Shown here piece after piece: positions 39,301-53,285 of a stretch of 64,000 nucleotides of DNA (position 1 is its first letter; every line of letters starts with the position of its first letter). The DNA comes from Chrysomallon squamiferum (taxonomy: Eukaryota > Animalia > Mollusca), in assembly GCA_012295275.1 (NCBI GenBank), contig CM022675.1:16120001-16184000 (forward strand), read 5' to 3'. A program made the translations under genes and the position numbers. Below the pieces are notes generated by a model. That model worked only from the letters and a program-made list of their open reading frames with translations, did no database searches and was not told the DNA's origin.

Positions 39301-42300
39301 AAACAAAAAAAATTAAACCTTATAATTTATAAAATATCATATTGTTTCTGATACAGTTTAACTCACAGAAGCTGTAAATCAAAGGTTAGTTTATTCAATT
39401 TAATTTCAGTTAATCTGTAGTCTAAATGAAATCTGAATCCTTGATCTTCATCATTATTAAAATTCCAAGTTTTAATTTGTTATTAATATACCTGGAACAG
39501 ATTCAGTTTTATTTGATATAAAAAGTATTTAATTTTAGTAAAATAGTTTTCTTATCACTGAATTTAGTTTGTGCTATATTTTGAAAACATGGTAAACCTT
39601 CGACTATGTGAATTTAGTTTGTGCTATATTTTGAAAACGTGGTTAAACCTTCAACTACGTGGAGAACGTTGCACTTGGGATCAATACACCCAATATGGCG
39701 GGGGTGAGTCGACAGCTCCGAGCCAAACAGAAGTGCTGGAAAGACAAACAAATTACTGATTTACATTCATACAGGTGTATATCTGAGTGATATCAGCTGT
39801 ATCCTGCAAAGGTAAAAGTGCTTTACCTCACTGCACAGGTTTACGAGCAGGACAAAGCTGACATCCTGTAATCCTAAATAATACAACAATTAAATGTTTT
39901 ATCTATCAACTCACTGCTAATGCAGTTTCATGCATGCTGATTTTGTTTTGCTATACATCAACAGAAAATATTTCTGAAATAACTACAGTTTATTTGTTAT
40001 TTTCTTAAATGAAATGGTTTTGAAAATGTCTGAAACAGCAATTAAACACTAAATAAGTACGAGTTTAGAGTTAATATATATTTGAATTCTGTGAAAGAAA
40101 AAAAATCAATGATGTAATAGTTAACCTTTTCACCCCAACCTGGCCCAAGGTAAACATTGTTATCTGATGTCAAAAATTTGAACTCTGCTGGAAGCAGATG
40201 ATACCAGGCATTATATAATACTGACTAAAATATGATAAGATACACTCAACATTCTGTTATAACTCAATTCATTGATACTTACAGATGAACATAAAGTGAA
40301 AATGATGAAGGTTACACTAGCCATTAAACAAACTTGAAAAGATTAAACATTATTCAGATATTATATGTTTGTACTTATTAAAATGTTTGGAAAAGAACTA
40401 CAGTACTAGCACTAATAATAAGAGATTAACTCACTGTGTTGGTTGATAAGCATCCGAATGCTGATACGACTCATGTAGAACCTGTCGAGGAAGTACTGGA
40501 TCCGATTCTCTGTGTTGCTGTCAATACCATGTCTGTCCTTCATCTCAAGAATTCCCTGCAATACACAAAAACAAACACTGTGCACTAAAATTACACAAGA
40601 ATTCAGCATCTACATACATTAATTTTACTGCATGTCCATGTTTCCAACATGAATATGCATTTATGTGTGTTTTTAAAAATAACATTTGAAATAAATAACA
40701 TAAGAAAAGTCAGTGGTGGAGCAGTAACAAGTCACATTGACTGACAAGATGTTTTGTGATAAACACAACTCTTGTGCATATAAAACAATATTACTGCAAC
40801 TATCAATAATAAGAACATTTTAGTTTTAAGATGAGTTTACTGAAAACGTTTATAAAAAATATAAAATATAAAAATATGCTAATGTTATATGATACACTTA
40901 CTGCTACAGTCTATGAAATATAAATACACATATGTATTAATGTTATCTAATGGCAATAAATAAGTCTATACATTATCTACACTATTCAAAAAAATATACA
41001 ATATTTTTCTTTTATAAATCATAAATAAAAGTTTTATTTGATATCTGTAAACAAACTCCCCACGTTTCTGAATCAAATTCTAGACAGTGATAGACAGCTA
41101 CACATGACAACAGACAATTAATCATTTCCAAAATGCTTTGATACAGTTACATTAGAGTGTACAGTGTTTGGCACAATGGTGGTTCGAGCCTTCCAGGCCT
41201 CTTTGTTACCTGTGCCATTGTCTCGACCACATTGCTATGTCGGTTCCGAATCTGTACGAGAGTTTCCGTGAAACTGAAAAGACACCTTATAAAGTAACTT
41301 GCAAGAAAAAAAAACAGAAAGTTACTGGAAGTGGCACAGCTAGAGGTTTTCCAACGAGAAAATTTATCACTTTACAAATTATTACGAAAGCTCTGGCAGT
41401 TTGGAAAAAAAGCTACATCAATCTGAAAAAATAGTTTTAAAGAAGAAAAAAGCCTGGTATGTAGTTATTATTAAAAAACAAATAATTAGTGTTACAAGAA
41501 AAGTTTTATCTACTGACATAATTGATGAACACATTTTATTTACTTGTACAGCTTGATTTTCTGTCATCATTGTACAAATATCTGCGATGATTTTCTTATG
41601 CAGCTGTTCACTTCCACAACTTTTACTTACTACTGCTGTTCAAATAACTACTACTAAATCTTCTTTATATTTTGTTCTTAACTCACTGAACAAGAAAACA
41701 ATATTAATACACCATTTATGCATTCAGCTACCGTTCAATAAATATAGTAAAAAACATTATATTTCAATTAATTGTAAAATATCATTACAGCTTAGACCTG
41801 ATGTTTGAAATTAAAATGTAGTAGCTACTAGTAGGTTTCTCAACATTCTTAATGTGAAACTGATTCCAGCAAATAATGTTTAGAAAGAAGTTTTTTTTAC
41901 ATGTGTAGAGAGTACAGACTGTACTGCACACAGAAACAATTAAACTGTCAGTGTTATGTGTTATGTCAGGTGAAGAAGCAACCAATGAATTTTTCCATTT
42001 ACACAAAAACAAACAACTGTTTATCTATGTTTATCTTTTTAGGTAAATACAAGGGGTTTTGTTTTTTAATGTAACAACAAGAAATCAGTAGACATTACAC
42101 AGAAATTTTACTGAAAAGTTATAAATATATATACCACACTCAGATACTGTAAACATTTACTGTTTCTTTTAAATTTTGTTCACCTGTGATTGTGTAAAGG
42201 CTACTGATTGGAATTTTAGGATTAAAAATAAATGAAATAATAATAATAAATACATTACATCATCCTTATGTTTTCTGTAAATACTACTAGGTAGGTGGAC

Positions 42301-44431
42301 AATATGATTTGTTTATAACACTTTTTATTATGTCATGGAAATAAAATTTTGATGCTGTCAACATTTTATTCAAAATAAAAAAAGTCAAAAGCATGCACAA
42401 CCATCAAATAAATAAATAAGTAGCTATAATTTTATTTTTGAAAATGTCAAATTTGATTAATTTTTGATAATCAGTAACAGGTTAGATATTTTCTTTTAGG
42501 TTAATTCACCCACCACCTCCACTACAACCAGAATATTCTAGTTTCAAAATGTCTGAAAACCTGAATATGAAATAAAACAAAATACATAAATAAAAAAATA
42601 AAAAAAATAAGTAAATAAAAAATAATAATAATAAAATTAAAAAAAAAGAAGCAAAATCCATGAAAGAACACATAAGAAAACCAGATTAATTATTCTATGA
42701 ATGTGTGTTTCAGAGAAAGCTTAGGTCTGCAGGTAACTTTCACAGGAATAAAACTAAAATAGGAAACACATGTATTATCTGAATATAAAATCTACAAAAT
42801 TCTGTGATTCAGTTTGTGACAGTAATTTATATTTTATTTTTTATTTTTATAGAGGTGTTTCCTATCTTTATTAACATCTGTTTTGTGTCTAAATTATATA
42901 TGTATTTGTACAGTCTAATTAACCAGAAATTTAATATTATTCTGAGATATATATATATACATAGACAGATAGTATAAATTAATATGTGTAAATAGAGTAA
43001 CATACGCACACATAAATAAATTATATTTGATATGAAAAAACAAAATACTAATATTAATTGATAATATCTACAACATGAAATTGTTTAATCATCAATAAAA
43101 TGACACTGAAAGAAAAAACTATTGTCATGTTATTAAATAAAATATAAAATTCAACATCTGTGACCACTTGATTAGTTTCGTGAGTTGTTTACTCACACAG
43201 ATTGATTTATTCAGTGAAAATCAAATACTAGCAAAATAATGCAACTGACAATAAATAAAAACAGCATAAAAACATTAATACAAAAATAAAATACATATAA
43301 AAAGTGACCTATGAATAATGTAATTTTCAATCATTGTTTTGTTTCTAGCTAACTGATATATATATATTTATTTGTGTGTGGCATTTCTACAAAGGTTTGT
43401 ATGTAAATATTTAAAAACACAAATTCAACAGTTTAAAATAGATACATAGCAGAGATATTCAAATTTTATGATAGTATCACAATGTTAAATAAACAAATAT
43501 TAAAATACAAAACACATAATGATACAAATATCTAACCTGGTAAGATTTTTGAAATCTTCATTGTCAACGTTTTCAAAAAGCAGAAGTTCTTTAAAACTTT
43601 GTTCATACCTGAAAATGACAAATTAATATAAAATGATTAATGTTATACTTTCTTGATTTATCAAAGTACTCAAGTTGAAAATACACCAGTTATTACATAA
43701 AGTCATAATTCTGTTGTGCATGACACATTAGTCATTTTAAAGTTCTCAAGTTGAAAATACACAAAGACAGGACATAGCCTGTAACCAGAAAATGTCAAAA
43801 ATTATAAAACTATAATTAAATTTAATGTAGATACACATGACGTTAGTTTCTGTATGCTAAATAGAGAACACTTACTAAATTAAATAGATTTCTGATGGAA
43901 ACTTCATCACACTCCATACATGTAAACCATGTATTTTGTAACTGTCAGCAGATAGACAGATAGATAAATAGATAGATAGATATATATATATATACAGAAA
44001 CAGTGGTGAACAAACAGTGTCCTATGCATTTTGCAAACAATTCACTGAAATTCTTTTCATTATAGCCATATTCCATTTTCTGTTGAACTTTTTAAATATT
44101 TGTTTTGCGACATACATCTACTAATGTTTCACTGGACGTTTTTGTATTCCAGCAGTATGTGTTGAGTTTAAAACGTTAACAGTTAACCTATTAATGTTCA
44201 GTTTTTAGATATAATGTGAGTTGAGTGGACTCACCAGCTCATCACGAGGGTCACCGAAGGCATACGCAGCAGGTTCTCGGGTAACAGACTTATTTCCTTC
44301 ATGATGTTTGCCAGTCGAACTGGCAGCTCTTTGCGTAGAAAGTGGAAAGAGGACTCTTGACATCCTGTTTGGCTGCCTAAAAAAGAAAAAATATACAATT
44401 TTTCAATAACGTTTTACAGGCAGGGTTATTT

Positions 44432-44490
<59 letters not shown>

Positions 44491-45173
44491 TAATTTAATT
44501 TAATTTTATTTAATTTTATTTAATTTTATTATTTTATTTTAAATAAAGGAGACTAATAGTAAACATTCTTAATACTAAATAAAGCTAAAACTATAACTTC
44601 AAAAAAAACAACAGCCACCAACACCACCCATCAAAAAGAAAAAGAAAACAGAATTCCTAAATTCATTTAAAATAAAATAACTTTTATAGAATGCAATTTC
44701 TTTTTACAAATTTTTACCAAGTGGGAAAACGTTCTTAAAGTGTATGTCCAACGTGATAATATTCTAAAAAAAAAGTTTTTTGTCTGCTTTAAAAAAATTG
44801 AACTGTTATTATATAGGTGTTTGAACAAAGACAAGAAAGTGTTTGACGTTAAATTTCTTTTTTAAATCTCAAAATCTTTTCTTTTTAGGCAACCACTATC
44901 TTTACTGAATCATTTTAAATGTGATATTTGTTTATGAATTACATTATTGATAATCAGTATGTAGAACGTAGAAGTCACTAATGTAAGTAATAAAATACTT
45001 CTTTTAGAAACAGAAACAAGTCAGTATCCCACTGACTATTTACATAATTATTTTCCTATTAACATAATTAATAGCAGAAAGATATTGCAAAAAAAAAAAA
45101 AAAAAAAAATTATGTTATATTATCCATAAGCATATATCCTATAGTAACTGCAGACAAACATTCTTGGATTATC

Positions 45174-45221
<48 letters not shown>

Positions 45222-45500
45222 TTTAAATTACTGGTACAAAATTAAGTCATTTTTGTGTAAATCTATCAGCATCTGATAAAAGGTTTGTCCTTTTGGTTCT
45301 GAGTAAAAAAAAAAAAAATGTCTTTGTCACCTATCTGCAAACTGTGTTGAAATGATGATGGCTACTGCAGAAACCTGAATACCCTCTTATTATTGTTGTG
45401 TATGAGAGAGGAATTTACCAAATTTTAAGATTAGAGTGATATAAATATATTTAAAAAAATTAATTTTCAAAATAATAATAATACTAAAACTAAAAATAAA

Positions 45501-45569
<69 letters not shown>

Positions 45570-46039
45570 CACCATATATAACAAAATAATAATAAATAAT
45601 AACCCAGATATCAGAACTGTATTTGGTTGTTTGGAAACTATTTAACAACAGTGATTCATTATTACATTAACTAACCCCACCCAACAATTTTAAGAATTTA
45701 TAATAATAAATATATGTGGTGGTATATCACTAAAACAATCATATTTATTCATAAGAACGTACAGAAGAAAAAAAAAATGAAAAAAAATTCAGAAACAAAA
45801 TAAATACCAGTTCCGACATACCATGTTTAAGATTTAACACAATACCGCGGAATACGGAATAAAAATAAATAAATATATAAAAATTGATTACTTTCGTACA
45901 AAACGGTTGAAAGTAACTCACCAAATTCTAGTAGCTGCTTTAGAGATAATGGTGAAGGATTGAAATTTACATATTTTTCGAAGGATGCCTTTCCTAATCC
46001 CGAACTTAACACGGCATATAATCTCACGCACAATCTCAT
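33380..46039 (-). CDS. PDK: Mitochondrial pyruvate dehydrogenase kinase, isoform using the proximal first exon (418 aa)
   Basis: 12 exons: 46039-45922, 44376-44235, 43608-43537, 41273-41210, 40555-40435, 39735-39649, 38903-38826, 38011-37935, 37223-37125, 36561-36454, 34414-34301, 33556-33380. Motifs [46 protein letters not shown] (N box), SDEGGGIP (G1), [22 protein letters not shown] (G2) and the C-terminal DW. Confidence 0.97.
33903..34167. mobile_element. Tigger/pogo-type MITE resembling MER46A (Tigger4) in PDK intron 11
   Basis: TA|cagg...ctgaaatgctttgggatcagaagtgttttggattttggaata...aataactttgtacataaaac...gattttggagcttttctgattttagaatttttgataagggatcctcaaacta|TA parallels MER46A as I recall it; not verified by search. 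Confidence 0.6.
34401..36000 (-). repeat. 43-55-bp tandem array (about 35 units) copying the PDK exon 11 acceptor and the first 15 exon bases
   Basis: Minus-strand unit gtaagttgtattttcacag|GCTGGGTATGGCTATCAGTAATGT; the last unit is the true exon start (AGYGYG). Confidence 0.96.
38345..38823 (-). repeat. About 37-bp minisatellite abutting the PDK exon 7 donor
   Basis: Plus-strand unit tttacagttttatacaagtaaatctattatttg(t/g)aaa. Confidence 0.9.
39560..39661 (-). repeat. About 50-bp duplication that includes the PDK exon 6 end and donor
   Basis: Real CACGTAGTTGAAG|gtttaacc and copy CACATAGTCGAAG|gtttacc, each followed by gttttcaaaatatagcacaaactaaattc. Confidence 0.85.
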
Positions 46040-46345
46040 GATGGATGGTTTGTTTTCGTCTAGATTCGAGGTATAAACAGAAATTATCGATAATACGTTG
46101 TTTTGCGCTATTATTCGATTTCATATACAATAAACTAAAGCACTTGTCAGTTGCTGCACACTTTGAAACCAAAATAAAACAATGTAACAAATGAAAATGC
46201 TGTTAGCTATACATCGCGGCATAATTCGTAAAAGAATCAGCGTCTTATAAAAATAATTTTCCGAAAACAAACCCCCAAATTATTAAATTGTCAATGTCAG
46301 CTGATCTATAAAAGGGAAGTAATTCCCAAATGCCACACAATGAAT

Positions 46346-46358
46346 CACGTAAAGGTCA
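46346..46358. promoter_or_regulatory. Overlapping HRE-like (TACGTG, minus strand) and ERRE-like (TAAAGGTCA) motifs about 310 bp upstream of the proximal PDK ATG
   Basis: Sequence cacgtaaaggtca; motif match only. Confidence 0.4.
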
Positions 46359-48758
46359 CCTATCCTAAATCCGTTCTCATTAGTGTTCATGTTTACTTCA
46401 GTAATATTTACAAATAGGATATGACGACAAAATAAGGACATTGTCATATTTGACATTAATCTTTAATACTGATCTTTTTTTTTCCCCTTTTCTCCTTTTT
46501 TTTTTTTTTTTGTAAAAGTTATATTAGAATAATTAATTAATTAATTACAGAGTGATCTCACTATATGTCAGGGTGATTTGATTATTTATTATCATCGACA
46601 TGACATTAATTTTTTTATAAATGTCATCATCATCATCATCATTACAACTGCCTTTGGAAAATGTTTCTGCCCAGCATTAACAATATTACAAATATACAAA
46701 ATTAGTCTTTCAGTAACCAGTAATCAAGAAGCTGTTTATTAAAGTTATTGCAAAATCTGGGGAGTATTTAATTTGATAATCAACTTACAGCACACCGGCC
46801 GTAAACAGTCTACGATGAAAAATACTACATGAAAAAAATAATATAACATAATTTAATTATTTATTTATTTTTTAAAATTTTATTGAGTTAATTTTGGTTT
46901 GTATTCCAATCATTTTTATGTATTTACACATTTCTGGTTCTTTTATGGAGATTGTCAGATGTTCATTTAGATGTTATTTGTGGAAAAAAACAACAAAAAA
47001 AACAATAAAAGGTAAACAATCAAGTAAATAAAATAAATAAATAAATAAGAAGAAAAAACACACAAACAAGAAAACAACTACGCGAAACAAATCCCTCACC
47101 AGTTTATCATAAAAAAATAATATTTTTTTTAAAATTGCGTTAAGCGATATATCGGATAGTTCCTAATAAAATAAAATAAAATAATTAATTAATTAAAATA
47201 AAAAAGCAACCAAAAAAAACAAATAAATAATAACAACAACGACAATCAAACACACACCAAGCAAAATAAAACAAAACACCAGTGTTTTATGTCAGGTTCA
47301 GAAATTAAAACCAACATGTGAACAGCAGTATTTGTAATGAAATGTTTAAACATATTGTTATCACTGGACACAGCCAGCTTGTAAATAAAATCTATGTCAC
47401 ATAAGTCGATATTAATAATATTTTGCAGCTGTTGCATTTCTACCCAGATAATTTTCTGACACATATCTTTGAAAACAAAATGACATGGACTACACTGAGC
47501 AAAGAATGATAGACATAACAGATGGAAAAGCAGATAAACAGATATATGACATTCAAATAAATGTAGAAAGTTTTATTTTCCACGATTTGTAGAATTTTAG
47601 ATTTATTATTTTCAAATATAGGTTATCTGTTGTATACAATCACTAAATAATAAAGCAATATGTTGTAACTGTATCAAAAAAAAAAAAAATAACATAAAAT
47701 AAAATAAAATAAAACTAAAAACAAAAAAAGGAAATGAAACCAGGATAGAAAATATCAAAGTATTTATTATTTAAATATTTCGTCCACCACTTTTGTGGAT
47801 GGTACAAAAACTGAAAGTGTAAAGGTCATGATATCACGATGATCAAATGTCGCTTTTGATTTTGTTTTTTTCTTCTCACTGTAAATACAAAATGACCAAA
47901 CAATAAATTATCGTTTAATTAATTAGTATTCCACGCACATCTGTATGATATCAATACGTGTCGAACCTTAACCGTGCAGCTGTCACATGTTGTATAACAC
48001 ACACATATAAGTAAACAAGAACTTTTGCCTCAGGATTAGTAATTATGTTTATAAATAGTCTGTATTATGCTTGCTTATATGTATGTATCTGTGTATGCAT
48101 GTATGTAGACTGTATCTTTGTATGTATTTATGCATGTACTGTAATTTAATGCACTATTTTACTAAAGTGAAATAGTTTATTTCCAAGTGAATTGGTTTTC
48201 CTTCTTATTTACTTTTTTCTTCTTTATTTTGTTATTATTATTTTTTCTTTAGTGCCTTCGACCGGTAACACAACACACGCACGCACGCACGCACGTACGC
48301 ACGCTCGCACACACACATACACTAATACACGCAAATAAACAGAAGCAAACACAAACATATACTTAGACACACATAAACTGACGCCCTTATGCATCTATTT
48401 TTGCCAAAACATTTAGTATCCCAGTAATCAAAGGCTTTAACACAAAACTATTTATTATTATTGTACAGATATCTTACACGTCTACGTGACAAGTAAAAAA
48501 ACCCAGAAAAAACAGCACAGTATAAAGAGAACATTGAAAATAATATAAGAAAATAATTTCGACAGATTTATGTTTAATAACTGAGAATTAAGTTAAAGAA
48601 AGAAACTGAAAAACGATACTTTTTTCTTTCTTTTTTCTTCTAAAATGTAGATAGGCCTATAATTATGAATTCTTATGAACTTTTTGGTTCTTGTTTAATA
48701 GTTCGTTTTTGGGTTTTTTTTTTGTTTGTACTTTTAAAAACATTTCTTTTCTGGTCTC

Positions 48759-48821
<63 letters not shown>

Positions 48822-48913
48822 GAATTCTACAACCGATATACATCAGAATGATTTCAGAGAAAATGTAAATGAAAGAATAATCTAAACGTTTTATATAACA
48901 GAACTTTACTTAC

Positions 48914-49016
48914 CAAATTCAATGAACTGTTTCATGGAAATTGGCGACGGATTGTACTGAGAATAACGGTCCAAAAGAGAAGAAAGTTTCTGGAGTATAT
49001 TCCTCGTAAGCCTCAT
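48914..49016 (-). CDS. PDK: Alternative distal first coding exon of PDK
   Basis: aaaaATG...MRLTRNILQKLSSLLDRYSQYNPSPISMKQFIEF-G|gtaagt. Homologous to the proximal exon ([14 protein letters not shown]), with the same phase-1 donor, in frame with exon 2. Confidence 0.9.
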
Positions 49017-49320
49017 TTTTTTTTTTTTGTTCTTGTTAGAATTCAAATCTTCATATATTAATTAAAGCAAGGCACTAATTTCAGCCGAATGTTTAGAAAT
49101 CCCTACACCGGACTTCTATTATTCCAGTAAATGAAAATAATCGTGAAGAAATTAACACTGTAGAAATAATTACGCTAGAACGGACGTTCTATCCATTCAT
49201 GTGATTTTAAAATGAATCAATGCTTGCGGCAGAGTACAGACTGCGGGCTTGACAGACGACACGTTTCGCTTGGAACAGACGACAGTCCCTGTGCGCTTCT
49301 GGTTATATTTGTTTACCTAC

Positions 49321-49500
49321 CTGGTTTCACATCCACTACGTGACATACGTAGACATTGGTTGTTAAGTAGGAAACTAGTTCAAACTGAGGCGAAATCTGG
49401 GTCATTGCATCAGCCCGATGTCTGTTAAAAACCCAGCTCGAGAAGAAACAGCTGACTTCGGCATAGACTGCGCTCTGATAATCAGATACGTACAGACACG
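49321..49500 (-). other. Candidate non-coding 5' exon of the distal PDK transcript
   Basis: Strong donor CAG|gtaggt at 49321/49320 and acceptor tatttctacag| at 49158, upstream of the distal ATG. The 5' boundary is a guess. Confidence 0.45.
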
Positions 49501-50023
49501 TTCGCTGACACAAATACAGATTATTTTTTATTATTTAGAACTATTTTTAAATAATGTTTTACTGCTACCACCACCACCACAGCAACTGCTGCTGCTAATA
49601 CAACTACTACAACGCGCTGGTGCCGCCACTATTGCAGTCACTCCTAATTATTATATATTATATTATATTATATTATATTATATTATATTATATTATATTA
49701 TATTATTAATGTTCCTGTTGTGCGTCTTTTTAATTTTCATTTAATGCACGTCTATTTACTTATTTTAAAAACGAGTGATATGAATACAGTGAAGTACAAT
49801 GCAATATGTAATATAATTAATGTAATATAATGTTATATAATCCATATATGTATTACGTAACGGCATAAACAACTATAACAACTAATTCTAATTCAGACAC
49901 ATGCTGTTATAAATATAGTAACTGATAGCTGTTGATGAATTTATTAACCGTAAGGCTGACTGACGCTTTTAGAAGTATATATTTAGATCGTGACAGCACA
50001 CACTGTTGATGTTTTTATTATTA

Positions 50024-50088
<65 letters not shown>

Positions 50089-51127
50089 TTTTTTTGTTGT
50101 TGTTGTTGCGAAGAAACAGTCCACAACATTTTGCATACGTCCAAATTTATTTATTTATTTATTAGATATTTTTGTTTTTGTCTCATCTCAATAATAACGA
50201 AGTATAATAACACAATGAGTACAATTAAATAGTAATAATAATAATACAATAAATGGGCGCCACCTTTGTTCTGTGACGTCATCACCTACAAGGCAGACTG
50301 ATTTGCTCTGATGTTTGAATTACATATAAAATAATCCTTGAAAGAAAAAAAAGTACAGCTTTGAGTCTTTCATTTCTGAAGGATTAAAACTGACATCAAT
50401 CAAGTGTTATGTAACAGTATTACTTTAGTATTATTATTTGTTACTAACAAAGACAGGTTTCTTAAACCAAATGAAGTGACAACTTGTAAAACAAACATTG
50501 TAAACCGTTATTTGTACCGCCTCAAGTACTATATAAACTGAGATTAAACCTCCTTTTTGTTTGGATAAGCGTATTTTTTTTATTATTTTTTTTTTAATAA
50601 AAACAGGCTAAACAGAGGTCGGGATAACATTGTTAAACGTACTTTAAGCTTTTCTTGTTCTGACGTTATCAGAAGGAAGTGAGGTGAATTTTAAACCAGG
50701 ACAGAAATAGAACAAAACAGACGTGTACGTAATACTTTGGTCGTCTGCTAGATAACGATAAACCATTTTATTTTGCAGGTACAAACAAACCATGTTTATT
50801 TGTAATTAAATAACGTCTAATTTATGTCTCCCACCTTACACAAAAACACATTTATGTAAATATTCTATCCAGGTATGGTGTTTGTTTAATAGTTGTTTAA
50901 TTTCGGGAAGAATTTATTTTTGCATGTTTATCTATGCATTTCAATGACGATTATTTATAGACACAAAAACGCATGCATAAGCACATTCAGCTTAATGATT
51001 ATTTTTAATTCTTTATTTTTTTTATTGGATTTGTCCGTATTTCTGTATGCTTGTCGGGGGGGGAGAGGGATAGATAATCAAGATATGAATTAATTACAAA
51101 TAAGTATTTTATGTGTGTGTGTGTGTA

Positions 51128-51130
<3 letters not shown>

Positions 51131-51212
<82 letters not shown>
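51131..51212. repeat. (GA)n microsatellite
   Basis: Directly visible. Confidence 0.97.
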
Positions 51213-51214
<2 letters not shown>

Positions 51215-52174
51215 GTCTCACATTACAATGAAGCAAAATAAATAAATTAATAAATAAATAAAAGGATTTAGGGTAAATATGATTCCTGGCTTCCACATAA
51301 TTGTGGGAATTTGATATTTTAAACGTTTGAAATAAAACGTTCGTATTTTGCGCTTTAAAATAACCTTCAGAGAGGACGTAAGTTAACCTTTGACAGCGCC
51401 CTTCTGCAGACATGCGCACACTGTCTAAATATTGCATGATTCCGAAATCGAAGTAGTTAAGAAACTACAGCTTTAAGAAACCAAACAAAGAAACAAGAAT
51501 GTTAGAATGTGCAACCTTATTTTTTTTTTTCTCACACAAATAAATAGCTTGGCAACAGTACGTGAGGTTTTTTGTTGTTGTTTTTTTTTCTCCCTTTTTG
51601 TTTAGCGCGTTATTCCTGTAGCTTGTATCACGTTTTTAACAGCCAGCTGAACTCATATAACTTTGCAGTATAAATTAAGCAATAAATCATTAAGACCAGT
51701 GTATTTAAGTTACACAGGTTTAGTGGGCGTTGAATAGACAGAAACCTGCCTCTTTTGCTCACTGTCGCTGAAAGGTCAGCCTGCTCCTGAAATGGATCTA
51801 TTAAACCAGAAACAGGAAACGAACTATTATTATTCTCACGAAATAAACAAAAATAAAGAGAAGGATAGAAAAAAATAATAATAATTATATATGTATCAAC
51901 AAAGAAAGAAAAACAGTGATCAAAAAAATAATAATAAATTATACTTTGAATATTATCTGAAGTAAAGTTGTTATATTCAGACAATAACAAACACACACAC
52001 ACGCACGCGCACACAAACACACACATAATGAGATGTATATGGTTCTTTCACTCCTGTTTAGATTGTTAGTATTTGTGTGTTTTAAATTTCATTAAAAAAA
52101 ATTAATAACCTTGACTGTAATGCTAACTTCACCTAGAAGCTATGAATCTATTTCTTTCCTTCTTTTAATTTAAT

Positions 52175-52209
<35 letters not shown>

Positions 52210-52332
52210 TTGCAACATGAACGTCAAGTACATTTGCACTGGGAAATCTACTAAATTTAGAAATAGGTATTTCTAGTACAACGTGTGTGTCAGCAAATTC
52301 ACTAAACTACAGTTATTACTGTTGTTTCCTCC

Positions 52333-52364
<32 letters not shown>

Positions 52365-52719
52365 ATTATTATTATTATTTATATTTATTTTCAATGGGCA
52401 ATGTGCTTACTGTCTTACTTAAATCTGTATGACTATGTATATATCCGTTAATTAATTTATGTGATTATTTTTTTTTTTGATGTTGCTTCAAAGGGAGCAG
52501 TAATGTAAATTTCTTAATAATTATAAATATTATTACAATATATATATATATATATATACAGACGTGAATGTATGTGTGTGTGTATATATGTGTATATATA
52601 TACTCACATACATATATATAATAATGATGATGATGATGATAACAAACAGGAATAAATAAGGAAAGAAAAGCAAAAAAATAATAAATAATAATAATTCCCT
52701 CTCTTCTAAGGTGCGAGCA

Positions 52720-52787
52720 TTACGTCACTGGATAAAAAGGTTAAACGTGTGCGCCTGCGCAGTAATGAAGTACTAATGTACTACGTG
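52720..52787. promoter_or_regulatory. Cluster of CRE/ATF-like, NRF1-like and HRE-like motifs
   Basis: ttacgtca (52720), tgcgcctgcgca (52750-52761), tacgtg (52782). Confidence 0.4.
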
Positions 52788-52832
52788 AATAAGGGTTTAG
52801 CTTTGATCTTAATTTTCCATTATCTTTCTCAT

Positions 52833-52870
<38 letters not shown>

Positions 52871-53199
52871 AATAATAATCATAATCATAATAGCAATGTT
52901 AACAGAAGCGATTGTTTGAAGTTTTAATTGGAATTCAGGAAAATCCATGAAACTGTACATTATCATATAAGAATATGAGATATGCACTTATTTGAATATA
53001 TTAATTAAAACAAATTATGAAGTGTTTAACCTAATTTTGTTTCTAATTATTTTTTTCACTTTAATTTTTCATTTTATTTGAGAGATACAGTTATTTATTT
53101 TTGCAACTTTTTATTTTTTATTTTTTTATTTTTTAAACTTTCTTATATATGAAAAGCTAATCTAAGGGACATAACTCTAGCATATAGTAAAAGTAAAGC

Positions 53200-53285
<86 letters not shown>

